This document shows, piece after piece, positions 1-9,071 of a stretch of DNA of 64,000 bases (the first letter of the stretch is position 1; every line of letters begins with the position of its first letter). Made by a program: the position numbers and the translations under genes. The stretch covers positions 238,653-302,652 of the forward strand of contig DBQA01000007.1 in assembly GCA_002305675.1 (NCBI GenBank). Direction: 5' to 3'. The notes under the pieces were generated by a model. It was given only the letters and a program-made list of their open reading frames with translations. It searched no databases and was not told the origin of the DNA. The stretch comes from Patescibacteria group bacterium UBA1406 (GTDB lineage Bacteria > Patescibacteriota > Microgenomatia > UBA1406).

Positions 1-2
1 GT

Positions 3-167
3 AAAGACCGGATGGTCAGCGGGCTTTTAGGCGGCGTAGCCGAATACATGAGCGTGGACCCTACTATCCTGCGCTTAGGATATGTGGTTGCGACGGCCTT
101 CACCGGCTTTATGCCCGGCTTAGTAGCTTATATTCTTGGAGTGATCATCGTCCCCGCAAAAGAGTAA
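3..167 (+). CDS. PspC-domain membrane protein, 5' end cut by window edge
   Basis: Frame 3 reads KDRMVSGLLGGVAEYMSVDPTILRLGYVVATAFTGFMPGLVAYILGVIIVPAKE-stop. The DRxxxGxxxGxAxYxxxDPxxxR stretch followed by one TM helix is the PspC-domain signature. Confidence 0.6.
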   Translation, partial: KDRMVSGLLGGVAEYMSVDPTILRLGYVVATAFTGFMPGLVAYILGVIIVPAKE

Positions 168-226
168 GAAATAAGGGCAAAAAACCCATTTTTCCGCAGT
201 CTATAGAGCTTCCCATTGGCCCGTAT

Positions 227-247
227 CCAACCGCGGCGGTTGGTTTA
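227..247 (+). terminator. candidate intrinsic terminator after the PspC-domain gene
   Basis: CCAACC-gcggc-GGTTGG (6-bp stem, 5-nt loop) followed by TTTA. The T-run is short, so this is weak. Confidence 0.3.
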
Positions 248-270
248 GGGCCTTCTGCTAAAATTAAAGC

Positions 271-987
271 ATGAATCCATATCACCAGGAAATCAGGGGT
301 CTTCTTGATGGGGCGGTAGACCCTGCCAAACTTCGATTCAATGTCGCCAAATATCTGGGCAGTCCGAGTGCCTACCTTAATATTCCCACCCTCAAGAAAC
401 GGAAACTTATCAAAGATTGGGCCAGGCAAAATAAAGGTATCCCGTACCCTGATTTTCTGGGATTACTAAACTCATTGATTAAGGGCAAAAGCTTTCAAGA
501 AAAAAGTTCGGCAGCAGAACTTCTGGTTTGTTTCCCGAAATACCGGCGGGAACTTGATCCCCGCATTCTCGACGAATGGCTCGACCACCTGTCGGGCTGG
601 GCCGAAATAGACACGCTCTGCCAGTCGACCTTTGAGCCCGAAGAGATACTGGCCAAATGGCCGGTCTGGGAGAAGCTTCTCCGCCGATTCTCGGCAAACA
701 ATAGTATCAGTAAAAGACGGGCCTCGCTCGTCCTCCTGACCAAGGCCGTCCGTAAAAGTTCGGATGTGCGGCTGAAAAAACAAGCCTTCGACAACATCGA
801 AAGGCTGGAAAGAGAACGGGACATTCTGATCACCAAAGCCGTTTCATGGCTGTTGCGCTCCCTGGTTAAACACCATCGGGCCGAACTCTCGACATATCTG
901 AAAAAACACAAAGAGCTGTTACCTCCCATCGCCTACCGGGAAACAACTGCCAAGCTGGAGACCGGCCGGAAATACAATAAAAAATAA
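271..987 (+). CDS. DNA alkylation repair protein (AlkC/AlkD-like HEAT-repeat family)
   Basis: 238-aa all-helical repeat protein. Segments such as KKRKLIKDWARQ, ISKRRASLVLL and ITKAVSWLLRSL resemble the DNA_alkylation family. It is adjacent to fpg. TGcTAAAAT (256-264) ends 6 nt before the ATG. Confidence 0.55.
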   Translation: MNPYHQEIRGLLDGAVDPAKLRFNVAKYLGSPSAYLNIPTLKKRKLIKDWARQNKGIPYPDFLGLLNSLIKGKSFQEKSSAAELLVCFPKYRRELDPRILDEWLDHLSGWAEIDTLCQSTFEPEEILAKWPVWEKLLRRFSANNSISKRRASLVLLTKAVRKSSDVRLKKQAFDNIERLERERDILITKAVSWLLRSLVKHHRAELSTYLKKHKELLPPIAYRETTAKLETGRKYNKK

Positions 988-988
988 T

Positions 989-1816
989 CTACTTCTGGCA
1001 TTTCGGGCATAAATATGTTCCCCGGCCTCCAAGCGTTATCCGCGTTATCGGAGTGCCACAGACAGGGCAGGGTTGATTTTGCCGCCTATAGACCAGAAAA
1101 TGGTTCTGATACTCGCCTTTTTCGCCGAAGGCATTCAAATATGAGTTGTCGGATGCGCCGCCGAGGCGGATACCTTTTTCCAAAACCTCCAATAGCCGGC
1201 GGTGCAGTGCCCGGCTTTGTGCATTTGAAAGGCTCCGGCTGACCGTGGTCGGATGGATCTTCGCCAGGAACAGGGCCTCGTTCGCATAAATATTGCCGAC
1301 CCCGGCGATTTTGCGCTGGTCAAGGAGATATAGTTTCACCGGCAATCGACTCCGCGCCAATTCTTTTTGGAAATATGAAACGGTAAAGAGAGTATCGAAC
1401 GGTTCGGGCCCGAGCCGATCCTTAAACAGTCCCTGAGCCAGAGCTTTCGCCGGGATAATTTTGAGCCAGCCGAATTTCCGCTGGTCCTGAAAAAAGATAA
1501 CCGTGCCTCCGGAAAAATTCAGGATAACCCGCGTATGCTTGTCAGGCAGATGTCCGGTGTTCGGATTGCCTAATATGACCTGGCCGGTCATTTTCAGATG
1601 GAAAGCAAGCACATATCCATTATCAAAATGGAGCAAAAGCACCTTGGCCCGCCTATCCACCCGCTCCACCCGCTGGCCAACTGCTCGGCCGATATCGCCT
1701 GCCTTCAAGTAGCGACCTGCCTTTTCGTCCAGAATATTAAGACCCGAGAGAGCGTGCCCCGGCAGACGGTTACCCAGCTGTCTTTTGATAGTCTCCACTT
1801 CGGGCAGTTCGGGCAT
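989..1816 (-). CDS. mutM: formamidopyrimidine-DNA glycosylase
   Basis: 275 aa. It has the N-terminal MPELPEVE catalytic motif and a C-terminal zinc finger CPVCGTPI...CPKCQK. Confidence 0.92.
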   Translation of the reverse strand: MPELPEVETIKRQLGNRLPGHALSGLNILDEKAGRYLKAGDIGRAVGQRVERVDRRAKVLLLHFDNGYVLAFHLKMTGQVILGNPNTGHLPDKHTRVILNFSGGTVIFFQDQRKFGWLKIIPAKALAQGLFKDRLGPEPFDTLFTVSYFQKELARSRLPVKLYLLDQRKIAGVGNIYANEALFLAKIHPTTVSRSLSNAQSRALHRRLLEVLEKGIRLGGASDNSYLNAFGEKGEYQNHFLVYRRQNQPCPVCGTPITRITLGGRGTYLCPKCQK

Positions 1817-1823
1817 GACGGGT

Positions 1824-2606
1824 TTAGATCAACTGGCCAAAGAACAGGAGATAAAGAAGCCCTCCCAGGATTATCCGGTACCAGCCAAAGGCTTTCAGGC
1901 TGTGGTTCTGCAGGTACCGGATGAACCACCTGACCACGGCATAAGCCGTGATAAAGGCTGTCACGAACCCGAGCGCACTAAGGGGAATGTTTGCCAGGAA
2001 TATGTCCCTGTCGGTCCTGACCAGGTCAAAAAAAGAGGCGGCCAGTATTGTAGGGACCGCAAGTAAAAACGAATACAGGGCCGCGTCGCGACGACGGTAA
2101 CCCATCAAGAGACCGCCGATCAAAACCGCTCCCGAACGCGAAACGCCCGGGATTATTGCCGTCGACTGAAATACCCCAACAATGACCGCCTCTTTTATGC
2201 TCAGTTCCTCGAGCTTTTTCCTGGGTGACAACTTTCCCCTGTCCACCAGCCGCTCGATAATTAAAAATATAACGCCAAAGAAGACCAAAGTAAAGAGGAT
2301 CAGCCCCACACTTTCGAACAACACGCTTTTGATGACGCCGTAAAGCAGGAAACCGGTGACGGCCGTCGGAATAAAACTCGCTAATAGATTCCTGATGGTC
2401 CTCCAGTTCTTAAGTTCCCGGAAAAAGGCAGCCACGACAGCCAGGATGGCCCCGCTCTGGACAAACACCTCAAAAAATTTCCAGTACTCGCTCTGGGGAA
2501 TTTGCAGGAGCCGGCCGGCCAGGATGAGATGGGCGGTGGAGGATACGGGCAGGAATTCGGTCAGGCCCTCGACCAGCCCGAGAATGACCGTCTTCAGATA
2601 AATCAT
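1824..2606 (-). CDS. uppP: undecaprenyl-diphosphate phosphatase
   Basis: 260-aa polytopic membrane protein with the EFLPVSSTAHL and PGVSRSG motifs of BacA/UppP. TATAAT (complement of 2613-2618) lies 6 nt upstream of the ATG. Confidence 0.9.
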   Translation of the reverse strand: MIYLKTVILGLVEGLTEFLPVSSTAHLILAGRLLQIPQSEYWKFFEVFVQSGAILAVVAAFFRELKNWRTIRNLLASFIPTAVTGFLLYGVIKSVLFESVGLILFTLVFFGVIFLIIERLVDRGKLSPRKKLEELSIKEAVIVGVFQSTAIIPGVSRSGAVLIGGLLMGYRRRDAALYSFLLAVPTILAASFFDLVRTDRDIFLANIPLSALGFVTAFITAYAVVRWFIRYLQNHSLKAFGWYRIILGGLLYLLFFGQLI

Positions 2607-2643
2607 GCTCCAATTATATAGTAAAGATTGTAGAATATAAAAA

Positions 2644-4728
2644 ATGAAAAAGACCGTCTGGGGACTGGTTTTCGCGTTCAGTCTGATCTTTTCGCTCTCT
2701 CATGCCTCCACCGCCCGGGCCAAAGAGAGGTCGCAGGTGATTTTCATCAACCAGGTCCGCGGCCGCGAATGTTGCCATGAAGGATCGCTGGACCATCTGA
2801 AAACCCAGGTCCGGGCCTTTGCCGACCATGAACTGGCAGCCCACTTTGCCCTCCGGTATGACGTGCTTACCGATAGGGCCTTTACGGATTATCTCACGAA
2901 CGCCGCCGCCCAATATCCGGGGACAATCAACACCGCCCTTTTGTTGGAGATCACGCCCCGGCTTGCCCAGGACGCCGGTATCAGCTACCGGGGCAACAAC
3001 GATGACTGGTATAAATCACAGCACATCTTTACCATCGGCTACAGCCCGAGCGAGCGGGAAAAGGTGCTGGACCACCTGTTCGAGACCTACTTTAACGTGT
3101 TCGGCCGCTATCCGGAACTGACCGTTTCCTGGATGATAGACACTCCTTCGCTCAACTACATCAGCGAAAAATACGGGGTAAGAGTCCACCAGGTCACCCG
3201 GGAGCAGTGGGGCACGGACAGCTATACCCTGTACGGCGGGCCCCCCCATTATCCCTTCCCCGCCGGGAGGAAGTGGCTGATGGTACCCGATTATGAAAGG
3301 ACGGACGGGCCGCTCATCGTCAGGCAGACCGTCACCGATCCCCTCCTGAATTACGGTGACCAGACCAGTGCCTTCACCTCCCAGCCCAACGATTATAAGA
3401 GCGACGGGAAAAGCTTCGGTTATTTCATCGAGCTTTTCAAGCAGGCCTTGAACCAGCAAGGTCAACAACAGGGTTTTGCCCTCCTCGGACTCGAGAACTC
3501 CATGGGCGACACTTATCAGGAGGAGTTCGTCAGGCAGATAGAATACGCCAAAGAGCTCGTCGTCGACCACCAGGCGGACGTGGCTGGCATCGACGACCTG
3601 ATCGAGACGTGGAGGCAGCAACCGGTCACTCTCTACCACGGCCGCGATCTCACGAGTGACAGCGGTAGAGAGGCGTTCTGGATCACCACTCCTCGCTACC
3701 GGGCTAGACTAAGGAAAGAGGGTCAACAGGTGTATCTGAACGACCTGCGCCTTTTCGATCCGGACTACCGCGATCCTTACCAGAGTTATCAGGCCAAGGA
3801 GAACGGGTACTGGATCATGCCCTACCTCATCGACGGGTCGCAGGAGTTCACGAAAGACCGGCCCAACAGCCCGTTGGATAAGCTTTTCCGCCAGGGCCGT
3901 AAAGAGGCGACCGTCCTCGGCGTCAGACAGGACGCGGGCCTGGAAACTTCCCGGCTGGTCTTTCCCAAAACCACAGGCAAGGAGGGACTGAATATAGGAA
4001 CACCGGCTCCGGATACCATCGCCATCAGCTATCGCACGGAGAACGGCAAAACCGTCCGGATAGAATTCACTCCCGACAACATCGTCTGCCAGGGATGCCG
4101 GGAAAACGACCTATCCTACCTCAACCGCAATCCCGCCATACATCCGATCGCTTTCGCCAAAGCCGGTTCAGGCTTCGCCCTGACCTGGGTCTATGACGGA
4201 CAGGCTGCCCACCGCCTCAACGGCGCCTGCGGAGACGGTCTTTGCCGGCTGTCATTTATGTCGGACGCCACCCTTCTGCCTAAATTGAGAAAGCAGTTCT
4301 ACCCGCTCTTATTCCCCGAATCCCAGGCAGAAAACATCGACGGGAAAACGACCGTCTTCTTTGTCCATAACCGTTATGCCATTGCCGGCCGGAATCCGGT
4401 ACGGATCGTGTTCCGGCCGCGGGACCAATATAATTTGCCCACCTCTTTCCGACAACCCCCGAAAGTGACCATCTCTCCCGCCATCGGCCGGGTCCTCAAC
4501 CTGGAACTTCTGAAGGATTACCATTACTATGTCGACATCGTCAGCGACGAGCCGGCCACCTCCCTGGTGGATATAGAGCTCAAGGAAGGGGTCGTCAAAC
4601 GTGACCGTATCTATTTCGCACCGAACTGCAAACAGGATCCCCTCTACTGTCTCTTACACCCACGGCAAGCCTGGTGGTATGCACAAACCATCATCAGGGA
4701 CAAGATCCGCCTCCTGATATCCGAATGA
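2644..4728 (+). CDS. secreted protein of unknown function (694 aa)
   Basis: It has the signal peptide MKKTVWGLVFAFSLIFSLSHASTARA and a long uninterrupted ORF. I cannot name a catalytic motif. TAGAAT (2631-2636) lies 7 nt upstream of the ATG. Confidence 0.5.
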   Translation: MKKTVWGLVFAFSLIFSLSHASTARAKERSQVIFINQVRGRECCHEGSLDHLKTQVRAFADHELAAHFALRYDVLTDRAFTDYLTNAAAQYPGTINTALLLEITPRLAQDAGISYRGNNDDWYKSQHIFTIGYSPSEREKVLDHLFETYFNVFGRYPELTVSWMIDTPSLNYISEKYGVRVHQVTREQWGTDSYTLYGGPPHYPFPAGRKWLMVPDYERTDGPLIVRQTVTDPLLNYGDQTSAFTSQPNDYKSDGKSFGYFIELFKQALNQQGQQQGFALLGLENSMGDTYQEEFVRQIEYAKELVVDHQADVAGIDDLIETWRQQPVTLYHGRDLTSDSGREAFWITTPRYRARLRKEGQQVYLNDLRLFDPDYRDPYQSYQAKENGYWIMPYLIDGSQEFTKDRPNSPLDKLFRQGRKEATVLGVRQDAGLETSRLVFPKTTGKEGLNIGTPAPDTIAISYRTENGKTVRIEFTPDNIVCQGCRENDLSYLNRNPAIHPIAFAKAGSGFALTWVYDGQAAHRLNGACGDGLCRLSFMSDATLLPKLRKQFYPLLFPESQAENIDGKTTVFFVHNRYAIAGRNPVRIVFRPRDQYNLPTSFRQPPKVTISPAIGRVLNLELLKDYHYYVDIVSDEPATSLVDIELKEGVVKRDRIYFAPNCKQDPLYCLLHPRQAWWYAQTIIRDKIRLLISE

Positions 4729-4782
4729 CATACATATCCAGTATGCCTTAGGGTTTCGGGGAAACTCTCTTATACTAGCCAT

Positions 4783-5091
4783 ATGAAAAAGTTATTTTTC
4801 AGAGTTTTTGGTGTGGCCTATTTCCTGACAGGGGCTTTGTGCCTGCTGGTTCTGATCGACTTCCTGTTTGAGGTTCACTTCACCCTTTTTGCGGTCATCT
4901 TTGCCTTTATGCTTTACCTGAACTTCCGCTTCTTCCGCCGACAATGGCTGTCCGGCCTCTTGGCCAGATCATGGGCGGAAAGTGAGCTCAACCGCCCACC
5001 GAGGATCAGGAGGACCGTCCGGTTCTCCCCTCCCAAACCGGGTGAGTTCATCCAGAAGGTCGCTCATGTGGAGTATATCGACCTGCCTTAA
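4783..5091 (+). CDS. small membrane protein, unknown function
   Basis: 102 aa with two hydrophobic helices followed by an Arg-rich tail. TATACT (4771-4776) lies exactly 6 nt upstream of the ATG. The 3' end overlaps polX by 44 nt. Confidence 0.4.
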   Translation: MKKLFFRVFGVAYFLTGALCLLVLIDFLFEVHFTLFAVIFAFMLYLNFRFFRRQWLSGLLARSWAESELNRPPRIRRTVRFSPPKPGEFIQKVAHVEYIDLP

Positions 5092-6802
5092 AAAGTCCCA
5101 ATAGATCCTTTGCCGGCGAGGTATTGACGATGTCCTTTTTTTCCGCCCAGCCCCTCCTTGCCTGGGATACTCCGAACTTCATCAGGTTCAGGTGGTCAAT
5201 ATGGTGGGCGTCGGTATTGATGATCATCCTCACCCCGGCCTCCTTGGCCTTCCTGACATTTGTGTGATTCAGGTCCAGCCGGTAAGGGTTCGAGTTGATC
5301 TCTAGCACCGTTCCCGTTGCCTCCGCCACCCGCAGGACCTCGTCGAAATCGGCCTCATACTCGTCCCTTTTTTTCAGGATCCGTCCCGTCGGATGGGAGA
5401 TGATATCCACGTGCGGATTCTGCATCGCCTTTGCTAACCTGGCTGTCATCTCGTTTTTTGGCATCTTAAGGTGTGAGTGCACCCCGGCAATGACAAAGTC
5501 CAGCTCCTCCAATGCCTTGTCGGCGATGTCGATTGACCCGTCCTCCATGATATTGGCCTCACAACCTTTGAGGACCCAAAGGTCAGGGAACTTCCGGCTC
5601 GCATTAAGCTCGTCTATGGCCCTGTTCCTTTGCCGGAGCCTTTGTTCGTCCAGGCCGTTCTCGATCTTTAGCGCCTGGGTATGATCGGCTATCCCTACGT
5701 ACGCATAATCCATAGCCCGGGCCCGGGCGGCTATCTCCTCTATACTATGCTGGCCGCCATCCCAGTCAGAATGGACATGTAGGTCCCCCCGGATGTCCTT
5801 CAGATTGACAAGCTGGGGCAATGTCCCCGTCCGGGCCGCCTCTATTTCGCCGCTGTTTTGCCTGAGCTCCGGCTCTATCCAGGGGAGGCCCAAAGCCAGG
5901 TAGATACTTTCCTCTGTGTCACCGGCGATCATCCGCGGCCCCCTGAACAACCCGTACTCGCTGAGCTTCAGTCCTTTGTCTATGGCTAACCGCCGCAAGA
6001 TCACGTTGTGCTCCTTGTTGCCGGTGAAATACTGGAGCGCCGCGCCGTAAGAGCGATGGGGAACGATCCTCAGGTCGAGATCAAATCCCTCTTTCACCCG
6101 GATGGAAGCCTTGGTCGGCCCCCTCCCCCAGACCTTGATCACTCCCGGCAGGTTCGTGAAATAGTCCATAACCAGGCCCGGATCCCGGGACACGGCCAGG
6201 ATATCCACGTCCCCGATGGTCTCTTTCATTCTCCTGATGGAACCGCCCAAGGACAGCCTTTCGATCGCCCGATGCGCTTTCAGTCTCCGCATGACATTCT
6301 CGGCATAAGGCAGGATCTCGCCCAAGAGAAACCTTCCCCCTGACCTCCGAACGAACTTGATGCCCTCCAGGATATTTTGCTCCGTCTTTTCCCCGAAGCC
6401 GAAAAGGGGAGCGATCCGGTGGACTTTGGCGGCTCTTTCCAAATCATCCAGGTCTTTGACATGAAGCTTATGGTACAGCGTCTTTATCCGTTTCGGGCCG
6501 AGACCCTCCACCCGCATCAGCTCCTCGATATCGACCGGTACTTTTCTTCTCAAAGCTTCGTAATAACCCACTCTGCCCGTCCGCAAGAATTCGGCGATCT
6601 TCCTGGCTATCCCTTCACCGACATTAGGGATCTCGAGCAATGCCTTCAGGCCCCCCCGCCGATATGTGGCGGCGACATCCTCCTCGAGGGTTTCCAGGGT
6701 GATGGCCGCCTTTTCGTAGGCTTGGGGTCGATAAGGGTCGTCTTCCATTTCCAGGTAAACCGCCATCTGGTAAAAAATGTGCGCCAGCTCCTGGTTGTGC
6801 AT
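5048..6802 (-). CDS. polX: family X DNA polymerase with C-terminal PHP domain
   Basis: 584 aa. The Pol-beta-like nucleotidyltransferase motif is ETIGDVDILAV. The PHP motifs are GDLHVHSDWDGG, GIADH and INTDAHH. Confidence 0.88.
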   Translation of the reverse strand: MHNQELAHIFYQMAVYLEMEDDPYRPQAYEKAAITLETLEEDVAATYRRGGLKALLEIPNVGEGIARKIAEFLRTGRVGYYEALRRKVPVDIEELMRVEGLGPKRIKTLYHKLHVKDLDDLERAAKVHRIAPLFGFGEKTEQNILEGIKFVRRSGGRFLLGEILPYAENVMRRLKAHRAIERLSLGGSIRRMKETIGDVDILAVSRDPGLVMDYFTNLPGVIKVWGRGPTKASIRVKEGFDLDLRIVPHRSYGAALQYFTGNKEHNVILRRLAIDKGLKLSEYGLFRGPRMIAGDTEESIYLALGLPWIEPELRQNSGEIEAARTGTLPQLVNLKDIRGDLHVHSDWDGGQHSIEEIAARARAMDYAYVGIADHTQALKIENGLDEQRLRQRNRAIDELNASRKFPDLWVLKGCEANIMEDGSIDIADKALEELDFVIAGVHSHLKMPKNEMTARLAKAMQNPHVDIISHPTGRILKKRDEYEADFDEVLRVAEATGTVLEINSNPYRLDLNHTNVRKAKEAGVRMIINTDAHHIDHLNLMKFGVSQARRGWAEKKDIVNTSPAKDLLGLFKAGRYTPHERPSG

Positions 6803-6873
6803 GGTCCCATTTTAACACTCCATTGTAAGAATAATATTAACTCTCCATCTCTCCTTTTTTGTATGCTGGCATC

Positions 6874-6882
6874 TGGTAAAAT
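6874..6882 (+). promoter_or_regulatory. extended -10 promoter element (TGgTAAAAT) for the 6915 gene
   Basis: TG at 6874-6875, one spacer nt, then TAAAAT at 6877-6882. The implied TSS is near 6889-6890. Confidence 0.4.
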
Positions 6883-6893
6883 GTTCAAGTTTT

Positions 6894-6913
6894 TGTCACA
6901 ATAGTTCGTGACA
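6894..6913. promoter_or_regulatory. perfect inverted repeat TGTCAC-N8-GTGACA, candidate operator
   Basis: TGTCAC at 6894-6899 and GTGACA at 6908-6913. The repeat lies between the predicted -10 and the ATG at 6915. Confidence 0.4.
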
Positions 6914-6914
6914 G

Positions 6915-7829
6915 ATGACGCAAGAAACTCGCCGAGCTGTAACAAGCCCAGGCGAACTGTCGCCTCTTGAGCGGGAAAACGTAGAGGCCCTCATCGGCAA
7001 CTACCGGCGAACCCTGCTCACCCCCCTCCACCTCATGAACCACACCAGTATCCTGACCTACGGTTCGGATCAGGAGTCAGTGGACGAGCGAAGCGAAGCC
7101 CTGAGAGCATATCTTTACCGTCAGGCCATCCCGGACGTTTGGGTCAGCCGGGACGACGTCACTCCCCAGGAAGGAAAGGCGTTATGGGGCCGGACCATTG
7201 TGGCAGAGATGGTCGCCCGGTCGCTCATAGAAGAGACATTCAGGCCCATCCTGGACCGGATGGGTTTGCGGGTGGCGCTTGCTCCGATAGAGATGGACCA
7301 CTCCGTCTATCACTGGGAAAACCCGAACCTTCAGAAAGGAGCAGACATCTGCTTCATTTCCCCCCTTTGCGACGGGACAAGCCCAGATGGCTCCGACACG
7401 GTCTGGCGGGCTGTCGGCGGCACCGACGTCACCCTGGGCAGCAAGGACACGGTCAAGGCCAAGCGGAACCGGCCCGGTATCCAGTTGCCTCTAGCCATGT
7501 GGGTAAATGTCATCCCGCTGCGGGATCTGTATTTCGGCAAGGACAAGCAGACCTTTCCCGTCTATCTTGATAAGGTAGTCCGGGCAGCCATCCTCAGGGG
7601 AGAGGAATATGTCCCTTTTATGGGCTTTGACGGTGATTTAACGCGTTGGAAGTGGGATTTCGCCGAACGGTTCCGGAACAGTATGCAGATGTGCCGCGAT
7701 AGTCTCAGACAAACCAAGGACCGCCGGGTGAAGGGTTATCCCTACCTTTCTGAAACCTACCAACAACTTGATATCATGCGGCTGCGTCTGGAAGAGTATA
7801 TGCGCCACCTGACAGTCTCGGCAAACTGA
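6915..7829 (+). CDS. hypothetical protein (304 aa), no recognisable domain
   Basis: Long ORF in a locally GC-rich stretch (60-65% in the two 60-nt lines I counted). No signal peptide, TM helix or motif that I recognise. Confidence 0.5.
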   Translation: MTQETRRAVTSPGELSPLERENVEALIGNYRRTLLTPLHLMNHTSILTYGSDQESVDERSEALRAYLYRQAIPDVWVSRDDVTPQEGKALWGRTIVAEMVARSLIEETFRPILDRMGLRVALAPIEMDHSVYHWENPNLQKGADICFISPLCDGTSPDGSDTVWRAVGGTDVTLGSKDTVKAKRNRPGIQLPLAMWVNVIPLRDLYFGKDKQTFPVYLDKVVRAAILRGEEYVPFMGFDGDLTRWKWDFAERFRNSMQMCRDSLRQTKDRRVKGYPYLSETYQQLDIMRLRLEEYMRHLTVSAN

Positions 7830-7839
7830 GGCGGAGAGT

Positions 7840-9009
7840 TCAGGCTATCTTCTTGGCCCTCAGGTTGAGGTAATATTCCCTGGTGCCGATGTTTTTCGCC
7901 CCGAGACCCACCACGGTGACGATCAGTGCCAAAAGTGGCCCGATGACCGGGATGGCCGCCAATATTCCGTAGACTATCAGTCCGACCAGGAGAGACAGGA
8001 TATCCGAAGCCCCCCTCTCCAGGACCGCCAGGATCCACCTGCCCAGAACCACGGCGACGAAGATCTTGGCCAGATAAAGGTCAACGAGATACCAGGCCAG
8101 AAGGATCAGCGCCAGGGGAATGCCGACAACGCTCATAAGCAGAACGACGACCGCTATTGGTACCAGGATCAGGATCAGGAAACCAATCCCCAAACTGGCC
8201 CAGAACCTGTTCCGGATGATGTCCGCCACCGTCCTTGTATAGAACGGCAGTAACCTTAAGAGGATAACACCGAGGATGAATGATGCCAAGAGATCGACAA
8301 TGATGGCAGTTATGGCCAGGTTACGCCAGGCTTCTGCCATCTCCCTGACCGTCTCTCTCGCTTCCCTGTCGGTGACCGGAGGCTGCTGCCTTTCCACCGT
8401 CCCGCCGACCCTGGCCCCTTCGGGAATATTGGCCCGGGCAGTACTGATATAGGTCAAGTTACCGTTGACATTGGCATTCGGGGTCAGGGAAAGCGAACCG
8501 ACGGCCGCGAGAACATTCCCGCCGACGCTGTTGCCGACGGTCATGTTGCCCGCGCTCGCGGTGATGCCCCTGCCTATAGGCGACTGTAGGGTCAGGTTGC
8601 CACCTGCGGCCACTACGCTGCCTCCCACTTCGGCGTTACTTGAAACTGTGACCGAGCCGCCGGCCACGGTTAGGCTGTTGCCTACGTTCCCGGATACCTC
8701 TATCTGTCCTCCGGCCGCCCTGATGTCCTGACTGACCGTACCGCTCACATTGACCACTCCACCGGCAGCCAGAAGGTCTCCGTTGATCGTCCCCTCCACG
8801 ATAATATTGCCTCCGGCCGCATAGACGTCGCCGTTGACCGTCCCCGAGATGATGACCGTCTTGCCGGTGGCAAAAAGGTCCTGGTCAATGGTACGGCCTG
8901 TGGGGATTATTATATTCTCTTCCGATATGACCCTCTGGGCAACGACGGCTGGCACTGAAGCGGTAAAAAAGATGGCTAAAGCCGTAATTATCAGCCATAG
9001 TTTCCTCAT
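7840..9009 (-). CDS. membrane protein with a signal peptide, bactofilin-like beta-helix repeats and a C-terminal multi-TM domain
   Basis: 389 aa. The signal peptide is MRKLWLIITALAIFFTASVPAVVAQ. About 170 aa follow of repeats such as GTVNGDVYAAGGNIIVEGTINGDLLAAGGVVNVSGTVSQDIRAAGGQIEVSG. Several hydrophobic helices fill the last ~150 aa. Confidence 0.6.
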   Translation of the reverse strand: MRKLWLIITALAIFFTASVPAVVAQRVISEENIIIPTGRTIDQDLFATGKTVIISGTVNGDVYAAGGNIIVEGTINGDLLAAGGVVNVSGTVSQDIRAAGGQIEVSGNVGNSLTVAGGSVTVSSNAEVGGSVVAAGGNLTLQSPIGRGITASAGNMTVGNSVGGNVLAAVGSLSLTPNANVNGNLTYISTARANIPEGARVGGTVERQQPPVTDREARETVREMAEAWRNLAITAIIVDLLASFILGVILLRLLPFYTRTVADIIRNRFWASLGIGFLILILVPIAVVVLLMSVVGIPLALILLAWYLVDLYLAKIFVAVVLGRWILAVLERGASDILSLLVGLIVYGILAAIPVIGPLLALIVTVVGLGAKNIGTREYYLNLRAKKIA

Positions 9010-9071
9010 ACTAAAATCTTATATTATTTTCTGTAAATTTTGGATATAAAGAACGTAATAGATGGGTAATA

